Origin: an uncultured Bacteroidales bacterium
GTDB taxonomy: Bacteria > Bacteroidota > Bacteroidia > Bacteroidales > UBA1715
Assembly (NCBI GenBank): GCA_964346725.1
Contig: CAYFVM010000003.1
Coordinates: 83,658 to 147,657 of the forward strand
Direction: 5' to 3'
DNA: 64,000 bases
The notes under the pieces: model-generated
What the model was told of the DNA's origin: nothing
What the model saw: only the letters and a program-made list of their open reading frames with translations
Database searches by the model: none
Part shown: in pieces, positions 1 to 8,991 of the stretch
How positions within the stretch are numbered: the first letter of the stretch is position 1
Layout of the letters: each line of letters starts with the position of its first letter
Made by a program: the position numbers and the translations under genes

Positions 1-134
1 TAGCCGTTCATAATAAAAACCTCTTGTTCTGAAGTAAGGAATTGCGCTAATTTTGAAAAAGCCTGCCGTTGTCCATTGGTAGGTTTAAATGCGAATTTTG
101 TCAGTAGTTGTTTTTCTATATAATTTGAGAGCAT
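1..134 (-). CDS. N-terminus of a probable SF1 (RecD/Pif1-like) helicase, truncated by the window edge
   Basis: Reverse-strand ATG at 132-134 opens MLSNYIEKQLLTKFAFKPTNGQRQAFSKLAQFLTSEQEVFIMNG..., open to the window edge. It resembles N-termini of Bacteroidota RecD-like helicases. Only 44 aa are visible. Confidence 0.4.
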   Translation of the reverse strand, partial: MLSNYIEKQLLTKFAFKPTNGQRQAFSKLAQFLTSEQEVFIMNG

Positions 135-230
135 AGCATTGGAAAAATTATTTTGTAATAATAGCAATAATGCACACAAAAAGTTTTATATTTGGCAACT
201 AAATTTTTACAAGATATAAACTAATATAAA

Positions 231-857
231 ATGAATAAAGGTCTTAAATTAGGTATTGAAATCACCTTAGGAATTGTGATTGTAGTTTTAAGTTATGTGA
301 TCTATGATACTATTATGGTTGATATTAGATTCGACAAGGAGAAAGCAAAACGTCAAAAATTAGTTATAGAAAAATTAGAGAATGCTCGAGAGCTTCAGTA
401 TGCGTATGAGGCCAAATATAATAAATATGCGAACAATTGGGATGAATTGATTCGTTTCGCAAAAGAAGATTCTTTGGAGTTTACAAAAACAATTGGTGAT
501 ATAGAAGATTCTGTTGAAGTAGCAGAAGGCCGTGCTTGGCAAGAAACAGTGAAAATTCCAGCATTTGAAAAATTAATGATGGATTCATTATTGACTCAAA
601 GTTTTGTGCTTGAAGACATTGCAATAGTTCCAGGAATAAAAAAGGATACCGTATTTGAAATAGCTTCAGGTTCTATAGTTTCTGGTGGTGCAACTATTCC
701 AACATTTCAAATGGGTGTTTCGTGGGATGTGTTGTTGTCAGATCTTGAGCGTCAATTGGTTATAAATTCTAAATCGTATTCAAAGAAAATTAGTGGATAC
801 GAAGGATTGTGCATTGGAAAACTAGATGAAGCTTCAACAGAAGGAAACTGGAAATAG
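231..857 (+). CDS. Membrane-anchored hypothetical protein with a pilin-like N-terminal helix
   Basis: 208-aa ORF. It has an N-terminal hydrophobic helix (LGIEITLGIVIVVLSYVIY) followed by an amphipathic segment (ELQYAYEAKYNKYANNWDEL). No enzymatic motif was seen. Confidence 0.6.
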   Translation: MNKGLKLGIEITLGIVIVVLSYVIYDTIMVDIRFDKEKAKRQKLVIEKLENARELQYAYEAKYNKYANNWDELIRFAKEDSLEFTKTIGDIEDSVEVAEGRAWQETVKIPAFEKLMMDSLLTQSFVLEDIAIVPGIKKDTVFEIASGSIVSGGATIPTFQMGVSWDVLLSDLERQLVINSKSYSKKISGYEGLCIGKLDEASTEGNWK

Positions 858-861
858 TATT

Positions 862-1674
862 ATGCGAGATATTACCTTTGTTACTGAAACGTATTCTAAA
901 CGAAAACCAAAGGATTATGAATTATCCATTTCGATTCGTCGAGATGGATTTTCTTTTTTGATAACGCATAAGCAAGATGTAATGGCGTATTCTTACGTTA
1001 TTGCTGTTGGCGAAGGAAGAGAAGCTACTTTTAAAGATTTTCTTGCTCAAGACATTTTACAGCCTATATTTAAATCAGTTTCTATAATATTGGTAGTGCC
1101 AAGATTTACACTCGTTCCAAAAAAATTTTACGATGATACATTGTTAGATAAATATGTAGCAATGAACTTTGAAAAATTAGAGAATGAGTCTATTATTACC
1201 TATGAATCGATAAATACAGATACAGTTGTGCTGTTCCCAATTGAAACGAGTTTCTGGGCAATGTGCAGATTTGCATTTAAAAAGAATGTTACTGTTTCGT
1301 ATGTGCCACAAGTGGCTCCTATACTTGAAGCAAACTGTAAATCACGCAAAGAAAAACTATGTATTTCGGTTGAAAATAGTTTTTTTACAGCTTTGTTTAT
1401 AAAAGGAAAAGAACTTCGTTTTTGTAATGCTTTTGAGTTTTGCAATGTAAATGATTTTTTATTCTACGTGATGAACATTTTTGAACAACTTCGTCTTAAT
1501 CCTTTGGAAGTAGAGGTAGAGTTGTCAGGGAAAATCAATGAAAAATCAGCATATTACACAGCAATTCAATTATTTGTTAAAAAGGTAGTGATTGTAAATC
1601 CTCCAAAAGATGCATATAAAGGTCTTCCATATATGTTGTTTTACAATCATTGTAACGTGGCTCTATGCGAATAA
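862..1674 (+). CDS. DUF3822-like protein
   Basis: Start chosen at MRDITFVTE (ATG 862), 5 nt after the upstream stop. The sequence pattern (ELSISIRRDGFSFLI...) and position just upstream of rsmD are typical of the Bacteroidota DUF3822 family. Confidence 0.65.
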   Translation: MRDITFVTETYSKRKPKDYELSISIRRDGFSFLITHKQDVMAYSYVIAVGEGREATFKDFLAQDILQPIFKSVSIILVVPRFTLVPKKFYDDTLLDKYVAMNFEKLENESIITYESINTDTVVLFPIETSFWAMCRFAFKKNVTVSYVPQVAPILEANCKSRKEKLCISVENSFFTALFIKGKELRFCNAFEFCNVNDFLFYVMNIFEQLRLNPLEVEVELSGKINEKSAYYTAIQLFVKKVVIVNPPKDAYKGLPYMLFYNHCNVALCE

Positions 1675-2204
1675 TTAGTGGTGATTTGGGCGGACGGGTA
1701 GTGAATGCTCCAAAAGAATTTGAATTGCGTCCTACAACCGATAGAGCAAAAGAAAGCTTATTTAATATTCTCAACAACGAATTTGATTTCTCGGAAGTTA
1801 GCCTGCTTGATTTGTTTGCCGGTATTGGCAGTATTTCTTTAGAATGTGCTTCTCGTGGCTCGTCATACATTGTGAGCGTTGAGAAAAACGGCAAGCATGC
1901 AGCGTTTATCAAACAAACTGCAGCAAAGTTTGGCATCAAAGGAATGAAAGTTCTGAACGTAGAAGTACGCGATTTTCTCAAAATAGCCAATCGTGAATTT
2001 ACCCTTGTTTTTGCCGATCCTCCATATAATTTACCATGGTTGGCAGAGATTCCCAATGCTATTTATGCCAGCAAAGTAGTTGGCGACGATACGTTGGTTA
2101 TCGTAGAACATCCTGATTCGGTTGATTTTTCAAACCATCCAAATTTTTCTCGCGTATGCAATTACGGCAAAGTTCATTTTTCGTTTTTTAGAACGAAAAA
2201 ATAA
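1665..2204 (+). CDS. rsmD: 16S rRNA (guanine966-N2)-methyltransferase RsmD
   Basis: MRIISGDLGGR...RPTTDRAKESLFNIL and the FADPPY catalytic motif. Overlaps the upstream gene by 10 nt. Confidence 0.85.
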   Translation: MRIISGDLGGRVVNAPKEFELRPTTDRAKESLFNILNNEFDFSEVSLLDLFAGIGSISLECASRGSSYIVSVEKNGKHAAFIKQTAAKFGIKGMKVLNVEVRDFLKIANREFTLVFADPPYNLPWLAEIPNAIYASKVVGDDTLVIVEHPDSVDFSNHPNFSRVCNYGKVHFSFFRTKK

Positions 2205-2231
2205 ACTTTCAGCAACGAATTTCCCAGTAAA

Positions 2232-3470
2232 TTAATCTTCTTCTTCGTCAACCTCGCGGTCTCTGAAGCCTAGCATGTATAGGATTCCGTCAAGTCCGAG
2301 AGTGCAGATTTTATTGTCGGCATGCTCTTGTACTTTGGGTTTCGCATGGAATGCAATTCCAAGGCCGGCAATGTTTATCATAGGAAGGTCATTAGCACCA
2401 TCACCTACGGCAATTACTTGTTCTAAGTGAATATCTTCTTTGAATGCTATTTTGCGAAGCAATTCGGCTTTCATTTGGCCGTCAATAATTTCACCAACAT
2501 AGTTTCCGGTTAGTTTTCCGTCTTTTATTTCAAGTTCGTTGGCAAACACGTAGTCTATACCAAGTTTTGTTTGCAAATAACGTCCAAAGAATGTGAATCC
2601 TCCGGAAAGAATGGCAACTTTGTATCCAAAGCGTTTAAGAGTGCGGATAAGTCGGTCGGCACCTTCGGTCATAGGGAGTTTGCGAGCAATGTCTTCGAGC
2701 ACTGATTCGTCAATACCTTTGAGCAACTGAATACGACGGCGGAAACTTTCTTTGAAGTCAATTTCGCCACGCATAGCCGATTCTGTAATTTCAGAAACTT
2801 CTTTTTCTACGTTTGCGTATTTTGCCAACTCAACAATAACTTCCGTTTGGATAAGCGTAGAATCCATATCGAAGCAGATAAGACGGCGGTTACGGCGGAA
2901 TGCGTTATCTTCTTGAAATGCAATATCGAAACCAATGCGTTTTGATATCTCCATAAAGTCAGCTTTCATTTTCTTTTCATCCGTTGGATTCCCACGAACT
3001 GACAATTCTACGCATGCTCTGTTTTTAGATTCAGAACCTGCTTTGAATGAAACACGACCACTCAAACGAGTGATGTTATCGATATTCAATTCTTGTTTGC
3101 ACAAAACAGATGTAATTTCAGATAGATAACGAGCCTCAATATGGCGTCCAAACAATGTGAGAATGTAGCGTTTTTTACCTTGGTTTTGCACCCATTCTTC
3201 ATAGATAACATCATCAATTGGGGTGAAACGTGCATTGATATCACATTCGTATGCTTTGAATAATAACTCTTTAAGAACCGGTCCGCTTACACCTTCTTTG
3301 GGTAAACGAAACAATATACCTAATGATAATGTATCATGAATAACAGCTTGACCAATATCAAGAATGTCGGCATGGTATTGTGATAAGATAGAGGTTAGAG
3401 CAGCAGTAACGCCCGGTTTATCTTTCCCGGCAATGCTCAAAAGAATTACATCTTCGCTATTGTTTCTCAT
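2232..3470 (-). CDS. serB: Phosphoserine phosphatase SerB with N-terminal ACT domains
   Basis: HAD motifs DMDSTLIQ and GDGANDLPM. The N-terminal ACT-like region begins ILLSIAGKDKPGVTAALTSIL. Confidence 0.85.
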   Translation of the reverse strand: MRNNSEDVILLSIAGKDKPGVTAALTSILSQYHADILDIGQAVIHDTLSLGILFRLPKEGVSGPVLKELLFKAYECDINARFTPIDDVIYEEWVQNQGKKRYILTLFGRHIEARYLSEITSVLCKQELNIDNITRLSGRVSFKAGSESKNRACVELSVRGNPTDEKKMKADFMEISKRIGFDIAFQEDNAFRRNRRLICFDMDSTLIQTEVIVELAKYANVEKEVSEITESAMRGEIDFKESFRRRIQLLKGIDESVLEDIARKLPMTEGADRLIRTLKRFGYKVAILSGGFTFFGRYLQTKLGIDYVFANELEIKDGKLTGNYVGEIIDGQMKAELLRKIAFKEDIHLEQVIAVGDGANDLPMINIAGLGIAFHAKPKVQEHADNKICTLGLDGILYMLGFRDREVDEEED

Positions 3471-3652
3471 TGCAGATTTTTTTGCAAAAAAACATAAAAA
3501 GGGAGAAATAACAAAAAAAGATTGGTGTTTAATACCAGAAAAATGTGAATTCGTATCTTGCTAAAATTTATATATGATTGTTTCAAGGTGTTTTTACTTT
3601 CAGTTTTTAACTAAATTTTCTAAAATAATTATGATTTATTAAAACAACTCGC

Positions 3653-3660
3653 TATTTTTG
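3653..3660 (+). promoter_or_regulatory. Bacteroidota sigma-A -7 box (TATTTTTG) for asnA
   Basis: Exact TAnnTTTG match 22 nt upstream of the asnA ATG. Confidence 0.45.
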
Positions 3661-3682
3661 TGTCAAATTTAATACAAAACAT

Positions 3683-4696
3683 ATGGGGCAGACCGTTTTT
3701 TTACCAAAGAATTACACACCATTGTTGGATTTGCAGCAAACAGAATTGGCAATTAAATTAATCAAAGATACGTTTGAACATAATCTTTCTGTTGGATTGT
3801 GTTTGCGTCGTGTTACAGCGCCATTATTTGTACTCAAGGGTACGGGTATCAATGATGATTTGAATGGTACAGAGCGCAAGGTTGCTTTTCCAGTAAAGGC
3901 ACTCAATGATGAACAAGCAGAGGTGGTAAACTCTTTGGCTAAATGGAAACGTATGGCTTTGGCAAAATATAACATACAGCCAGGTTATGGTGTCTTGACC
4001 GATATGAATGCAATTCGTCCGGATGAAGATTTGGATAATATCCACTCTCTTTATGTTGACCAATGGGACTGGGAGCGTAGAATTACAGAGGAAGATAGAA
4101 ATGCAACCTTTCTGCGTTTAATGGTGAAACGTATTTACGATGTAATGAAACATACGGAATTTGTTGTCTCAGAGGAATATCCACAAATTACGCCTATTTT
4201 ACCCGAAAAAATCACATTCATTACTTCCGAAGAATTGTTGCAACGTTATCCGAATTTAACACCAAAAGAACGCGAATATGAGATTACCAAAGAATGTAAG
4301 GCAGTTTTTATTATAGGAATTGGCGATGAGCTTTCTAATGGTGAAAAACATGATGGCAGAGCTCCCGACTATGACGATTGGAGTTTGAATGGTGACATTC
4401 TTTTGTGGAATCCTGTTTTGGAAAATTCGTTTGAAATTTCTTCTATGGGTATTCGGGTTGATGCTAAAGCAATGGCGTATCAGCTACAGAAAGCTAATGC
4501 AGAGAATCGCAAGGAACTTTTGTTTCATAAAAAATTACTCAACAATGAGCTACCATTGTCTATTGGAGGAGGTATAGGGCAAAGTCGTTTGTGTATGTTT
4601 TTCCTTCGCAAAGCGCACATTGGTCAAGTACAAAGCTCTCTTTGGGGTGATGAAACTATTGAAATTTGCAAAGCAAATAATATTAATTTAATATAA
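3683..4696 (+). CDS. asnA: Aspartate-ammonia ligase (asparagine synthetase A)
   Basis: 337 aa. C-terminal LSIGGGIGQSRLCMFFLRKAHIGQVQSSLW is characteristic of AsnA. Confidence 0.9.
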   Translation: MGQTVFLPKNYTPLLDLQQTELAIKLIKDTFEHNLSVGLCLRRVTAPLFVLKGTGINDDLNGTERKVAFPVKALNDEQAEVVNSLAKWKRMALAKYNIQPGYGVLTDMNAIRPDEDLDNIHSLYVDQWDWERRITEEDRNATFLRLMVKRIYDVMKHTEFVVSEEYPQITPILPEKITFITSEELLQRYPNLTPKEREYEITKECKAVFIIGIGDELSNGEKHDGRAPDYDDWSLNGDILLWNPVLENSFEISSMGIRVDAKAMAYQLQKANAENRKELLFHKKLLNNELPLSIGGGIGQSRLCMFFLRKAHIGQVQSSLWGDETIEICKANNINLI

Positions 4697-4757
4697 TCGA
4701 CTGCGTTGATGGTTGCATAAAATCAATGATTTTCTACGATTAATACGCTATCTTTTG

Positions 4758-4765
4758 TATTTTTG
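4758..4765 (+). promoter_or_regulatory. -7 box (TATTTTTG) upstream of the YicC-family gene
   Basis: Exact TAnnTTTG match 18 nt upstream of ATG 4784. Confidence 0.4.
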
Positions 4766-4783
4766 TGAAAATATATTGAGCTT

Positions 4784-5659
4784 ATGATTCAATCAATGAC
4801 GGGATATGGACGAACAGTTGTAGAACTTCCCGGAAAAAATGTAATTGTAGAGATTAAATCTCTCAATAGTAAACAGCTAGATATAAACTCTAGAATAATA
4901 ACAACATATCGCGACAAGGAATTGGACGTACGCAGTTACGTGTCGTCACAATTAGTTCGCGGGAAAATTGACGTTACTATTTCTCTCGAAGCAAAAGAAG
5001 ACGTTGCTGAACGAAAATTACACACTGCTTTAGCTAAAGCGTATTACAAAGAAATCAGTGAGTTAGCATCGGAATTACATGCGGAAAATTTTTCTGTTAT
5101 GGATGCTGTTCTTCGTTTACCTGATGTATGGAGTACCGATTCTCAATCATTTGTGAGTGATGACGAATGGGAAAAAGTGATGGGTGGTGTGGTTTCCGCA
5201 ACAAAAAACATGATAACTTATCGTTTACAGGAAGGTGAGGCACTGAACAAAGATTTGCGCATGAATATCTCTGCTATTAAAGATTTGTCAGCCAGCATAG
5301 AACTTTTTGAGACTGCTCGTGTTGAGAAAATTCGCGATAAAATTGAGTCTGCATTGGCGGAATTTATAGCATCAGACAAGATAGATAAAAATCGTTTGGA
5401 ACAAGAAATGATTTTCTATATTGAAAGACTCGATATTAACGAAGAAAAAGTTCGTTTGGCTCAACATTGCAAATATTTTTTGGATACAATGGATGAAGAC
5501 CCATATGCCGGTAAAAAATTAAATTTCATAGCACAAGAAATGGGCCGAGAAATTAACACAATGGGATCTAAGTCAAATGATGCAGATATGCAACGAATTG
5601 TTGTGCAGATGAAAGATTATTTGGAGAAAATCAAAGAACAGGTGTTGAACGTTTTGTAG
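4784..5659 (+). CDS. YicC-family stress-induced protein
   Basis: MIQSMTGYGR N-terminus and C-terminal DUF1732-like EMGREINTMGSKSND. Has the classic yicC-gmk adjacency. Confidence 0.85.
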   Translation: MIQSMTGYGRTVVELPGKNVIVEIKSLNSKQLDINSRIITTYRDKELDVRSYVSSQLVRGKIDVTISLEAKEDVAERKLHTALAKAYYKEISELASELHAENFSVMDAVLRLPDVWSTDSQSFVSDDEWEKVMGGVVSATKNMITYRLQEGEALNKDLRMNISAIKDLSASIELFETARVEKIRDKIESALAEFIASDKIDKNRLEQEMIFYIERLDINEEKVRLAQHCKYFLDTMDEDPYAGKKLNFIAQEMGREINTMGSKSNDADMQRIVVQMKDYLEKIKEQVLNVL

Positions 5660-5666
5660 TAATGGT

Positions 5667-6233
5667 ATGGAAACACACAAAATGTTGATATTATCAGCTC
5701 CATCTGGTTCTGGCAAAACCACAATTATACAGTATTTGCTTAAAAAAGGAATGCCGTTGGAATTCTCTATATCTGCAACTACACGAGCTCCTCGGGGAAC
5801 AGAACAAAATGGTAAAGAATATTATTTCTATACGGTAGATGAATTTAAGCAAAAAATTCAACAAGGTGATTTTGTGGAATTCGAGGAAGTATATGCCGGT
5901 ATATTTTACGGCACATTAAAGTCGGAATGCGAACGAATTTGGAAGAATGGTAATGTGATTGTATTTGACGTTGATGTTGCAGGAGGCGTGCGCCTAAAAA
6001 AAATGTTTGGAGAGCAGGCATTATCCTTATTTATTCAAGCGCCTTCAATAGAAATTCTTCGAAGTCGTTTGGAAAGTCGTAATACCGATTCGCAAGAAGA
6101 GATTGAAAAACGAATTGCTAAGGCAGCGTTTGAAATGCAATCAGCTCATCAATTTGATAAAATCGTTGTGAATGTTGATTTACAACGAGCTTGTAATGAA
6201 GTAGAGCATTTGTTGCAAGATTTTTTGAAATGA
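5667..6233 (+). CDS. gmk: Guanylate kinase
   Basis: P-loop SAPSGSGKTT and TTRAPRGTEQNGKEYYF. Confidence 0.9.
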   Translation: METHKMLILSAPSGSGKTTIIQYLLKKGMPLEFSISATTRAPRGTEQNGKEYYFYTVDEFKQKIQQGDFVEFEEVYAGIFYGTLKSECERIWKNGNVIVFDVDVAGGVRLKKMFGEQALSLFIQAPSIEILRSRLESRNTDSQEEIEKRIAKAAFEMQSAHQFDKIVVNVDLQRACNEVEHLLQDFLK

Positions 6234-6244
6234 AATAAACTTTA

Positions 6245-6252
6245 TATATTTG
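6245..6252 (+). promoter_or_regulatory. -7 box (TATATTTG)
   Basis: Exact TAnnTTTG match 22 nt upstream of ATG 6275. Confidence 0.4.
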
Positions 6253-6274
6253 TAGAAATAAAAAAAAATAGATT

Positions 6275-7069
6275 ATGAAAAAACTATTACTTTTCCCTTT
6301 AGTACTCGTTTTAGCTTGTTCTACAGCTTTTTCGCAAGGTACAATCAAAAACAACTCGTATTTTAACGTTATATGGTCACGTCCTATTATGGATAACGGT
6401 GTGATTTTCGAATCAGAAACACCCAATAATTTGCGCGAATTCTATAAAGCAAAATATGGCACAGAACTAAATCATTATTCAGGAGGTATAAATGTTGGCG
6501 CTAATTTCTATATCCATCCAATTGGTTGGCTTATTGAAGGTTTCAAAGCAGGACTTTGCTTAGATTTTATTGATTTAGGAGCTGACTATTATAGTTTTTC
6601 TGGATATCAACAAAATCCTGGAGGAATACAAGCAAGCGAAGAAGAAAAATTCACAGATTTGAAGGTCTCATATTCATTAAATGTTGGTATTATTGCTACA
6701 ATTAGTCCAGTTAAAAATTTCTACATTGATTTGACAGCTAAATTGTGTCCAACATTTGCAGTAAATTATTTCAAATTGCCGGCATATCAAGATGGTACCA
6801 CACCATTTGAACGTAGAAATACAGGAACACAATGGGGTGGTTATGAAGTTCCGGGAAAAGATTATCGAATTCTTGGTACTAAAAATGCAGAAGAAACAGG
6901 TATAGGTTTGGGCTTGGATTATGCTTTTGGTTTCAATCTTCGTTATTCTAAAATTTCAGTAGGATGCGAATGGTTGCTAGGTAACGTAAAATATTCATAT
7001 GAAAATTGGGACGAACAAAAAGTTAATAATCAACAATTGAAAGTGAAACTAGGTTTCTCTTTTGAATAA
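6275..7069 (+). CDS. Secreted hypothetical protein, probable outer-membrane beta-barrel
   Basis: Signal peptide MKKLLLFPLVLVLACSTAFSQ. Alternating aromatic/glycine beta-strand pattern and a terminal F (KLGFSFE). Confidence 0.6.
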   Translation: MKKLLLFPLVLVLACSTAFSQGTIKNNSYFNVIWSRPIMDNGVIFESETPNNLREFYKAKYGTELNHYSGGINVGANFYIHPIGWLIEGFKAGLCLDFIDLGADYYSFSGYQQNPGGIQASEEEKFTDLKVSYSLNVGIIATISPVKNFYIDLTAKLCPTFAVNYFKLPAYQDGTTPFERRNTGTQWGGYEVPGKDYRILGTKNAEETGIGLGLDYAFGFNLRYSKISVGCEWLLGNVKYSYENWDEQKVNNQQLKVKLGFSFE

Positions 7070-7092
7070 TCTTTTTTTTAACAGAAATAGAG

Positions 7093-7136
7093 AGGCTATG
7101 TAATTTTGGTGTAGAAATTGCATAGCCTTCTTTTTA
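7093..7136 (+). terminator. Rho-independent terminator
   Basis: Stem AGGCTATG / CATAGCCT (8 bp) followed by TCTTTTT, about 25 nt after stop 7069. Confidence 0.6.
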
Positions 7137-7156
7137 TAAACTAAAACATACTAATT

Positions 7157-7678
7157 ATGAAACGTATATTAATCGCATTAACAATGGCAGTAACAGCGTT
7201 TACTGCATGTAACATCGGTAATAATGGATATGACGGTGAAGCTTTTATTAAATTAAACTGGTCAGAAGTAGAGCCTGCGTATATTAATCCCAATGGCGTT
7301 GTTCCAAACGACTTTGCATGGGATACGTATTATTATACTACCCCAGGTAGATATATAATTCATACTGAATATGAACGTACCTATAATTCAGGAAGAACAG
7401 TTGTGTATCCGTACGATACTGAAATAGAAATTTTTGTAATTGAAGGAGAACTAGGACGAACAAAAGGTCGTGATGGGCGAGATGCTAATGAAGACGTGTT
7501 TTTTGATTTAGACTTATACCCTGGTGGCGATATTGATTTTACACATGAAATAGTAGCACGCACAACTGTAAAATCAGCATCTACGAATGAAAAGGTTCTA
7601 GTAAAAGAAGGTTCAGAACAGTCTGGGAAATATGGTATGAAATATACAATCTATCGTTTGCCAGAATATGTAAAGTAA
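7157..7678 (+). CDS. Hypothetical lipoprotein
   Basis: Lipobox-like MKRILIALTMAVTAFTAC. 173 aa with no known motif. Confidence 0.6.
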   Translation: MKRILIALTMAVTAFTACNIGNNGYDGEAFIKLNWSEVEPAYINPNGVVPNDFAWDTYYYTTPGRYIIHTEYERTYNSGRTVVYPYDTEIEIFVIEGELGRTKGRDGRDANEDVFFDLDLYPGGDIDFTHEIVARTTVKSASTNEKVLVKEGSEQSGKYGMKYTIYRLPEYVK

Positions 7679-7699
7679 ACAATAGAATTAGAAATAGAT

Positions 7700-7735
7700 A
7701 AAAAAAGACATCTCAAACGAGATGTCTTTTTTTAT
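7700..7735. terminator. Bidirectional rho-independent terminator between convergent genes
   Basis: A7-AGACATCTC-aaac-GAGATGTCT-T7. The 9-bp stem is flanked by A and T runs, so it works on both strands. Confidence 0.75.
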
Positions 7736-7753
7736 GCTCTGTGTAGAGAGTTG

Positions 7754-8464
7754 TTATGCAATATTAGTAAATACTGCTTGCACATCGTCATCTTCCTCCA
7801 AACGGTCTATAAGTGTGTCTATTTCGGTTAATTGTTCTTCGGTAAACTCTTGCACATCGTTAGGGATACGTTGTAATTCTGCTTTAAGTAATTCAGCTCC
7901 ACAATCTTCAATAGCCTTCGCCATGTTGCCAAAGTCTTTGAAACCAGCGTAAATTACGAGCATATCTTCTTCCTCTTCAATAGATTCCAAACCTGCATCA
8001 ATCAATGTGAGTTCAAGTTCTTCAAGATTGATGTTTTCAGTTTTCTTGATTTGAAAAACAGCTTTGCGAGAAAACATGAATTCAAAAGAGCCGCTAGGAG
8101 CAAGTGAACCACCCAATTTGTTGAAATATGATTTTACGTTAGCTACGGTTCTTGTAGTGTTTTCTGTAGCACATTCTACTACAACCAAAACTCCATGAGG
8201 ACCTTTTCCTTCGTAAACAATTTCGGTTAAATCTTCCGCATCTTTGCTTGTTGCACGTTTTATTGCTGCATCAATGTTAGCTTTCGGCATGTTTTGAGCC
8301 TTTGCGTTCATGATAGCAGTACGCAATTTTGCATTCACAGTTGGATCAGAACCGCCTTCTTTTGCAGCGAATGTTATATTTTTTGCCAATCGGGGAAATA
8401 CACGAGACATTGTTCCCCATCTTTTTTCTTTTGCTGCTCGTCTATATTCAAAAGCTCTTCCCAT
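7754..8464 (-). CDS. YebC/PmpR-family DNA-binding transcriptional regulator
   Basis: [23 protein letters not shown]... is diagnostic of the YebC family. Confidence 0.9.
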   Translation of the reverse strand: MGRAFEYRRAAKEKRWGTMSRVFPRLAKNITFAAKEGGSDPTVNAKLRTAIMNAKAQNMPKANIDAAIKRATSKDAEDLTEIVYEGKGPHGVLVVVECATENTTRTVANVKSYFNKLGGSLAPSGSFEFMFSRKAVFQIKKTENINLEELELTLIDAGLESIEEEEDMLVIYAGFKDFGNMAKAIEDCGAELLKAELQRIPNDVQEFTEEQLTEIDTLIDRLEEDDDVQAVFTNIA

Positions 8465-8484
8465 ACTAATTATTTATCTGGTTA

Positions 8485-8922
8485 TTATTTATCTGATTCG
8501 TCATCGTCATCCTCTTCCTCGACATCAACTGCAATATCATCAATGTCGTCATCGTTATCTTCATCATTTTCATTTTTCGCCTTACATGTATCATCGTCGT
8601 CTTCATCGTCAGCATCATCAATCTTTAAATCAGCAGGTTTTTCGATTGAATCAATTTCCAAATTCAACAAGTCTTCGTCTTTTGGAAGATCATCATCTTC
8701 CGGATTTCTGTCAATTTGAGAATCAATGAATTCGTCCATACGAATCATGTAATAGCGGTCGCTTGTCTCATAAGGGAGGGCAAACCGTTCTTGTCCTGTT
8801 TTAGGATCTGTGTATGATACTAAAAAATCGGCAAAACCATTTGGGTAGAGTTGAATAAGTTGATCCCGCATGGATTTGTCTAATTTGTCAAAATCTTTAA
8901 TAACACGAGGTTTTAATTGCAT
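8485..8922 (-). CDS. Hypothetical protein with an extremely acidic C-terminal half
   Basis: 145 aa. It has a folded-looking N-terminal part of about 70 aa, then a tail dominated by D/E (DDADDEDDDD..., DEDNDDDIDDIAVDVEEEDDDDESDK). A -7 box lies upstream. Confidence 0.6.
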   Translation of the reverse strand: MQLKPRVIKDFDKLDKSMRDQLIQLYPNGFADFLVSYTDPKTGQERFALPYETSDRYYMIRMDEFIDSQIDRNPEDDDLPKDEDLLNLEIDSIEKPADLKIDDADDEDDDDTCKAKNENDEDNDDDIDDIAVDVEEEDDDDESDK

Positions 8923-8947
8923 ATGTGTACCTATTTACAAATTTGTC

Positions 8948-8955
8948 CAAAAATA
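8948..8955 (-). promoter_or_regulatory. -7 box (TATTTTTG on the minus strand) for the acidic-protein/yebC unit
   Basis: Plus-strand CAAAAATA, 26 nt upstream of start 8922. Confidence 0.4.
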
Positions 8956-8991
8956 ATAATAGTCTAAAAAAAACAAAGGGTATTGAAAAAA

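Noticed and set aside
8294-8729. Two overlapping plus-strand ORFs (141 and 139 aa) encode Ser-rich and His/Arg-rich low-complexity proteins.
   Set aside because: They lie exactly antisense to the GAT/GAA/GAC-rich coding region of the acidic protein and the 5' end of yebC. Stop-free antisense frames are an expected by-product of that codon composition. There is no promoter box or independent signal.
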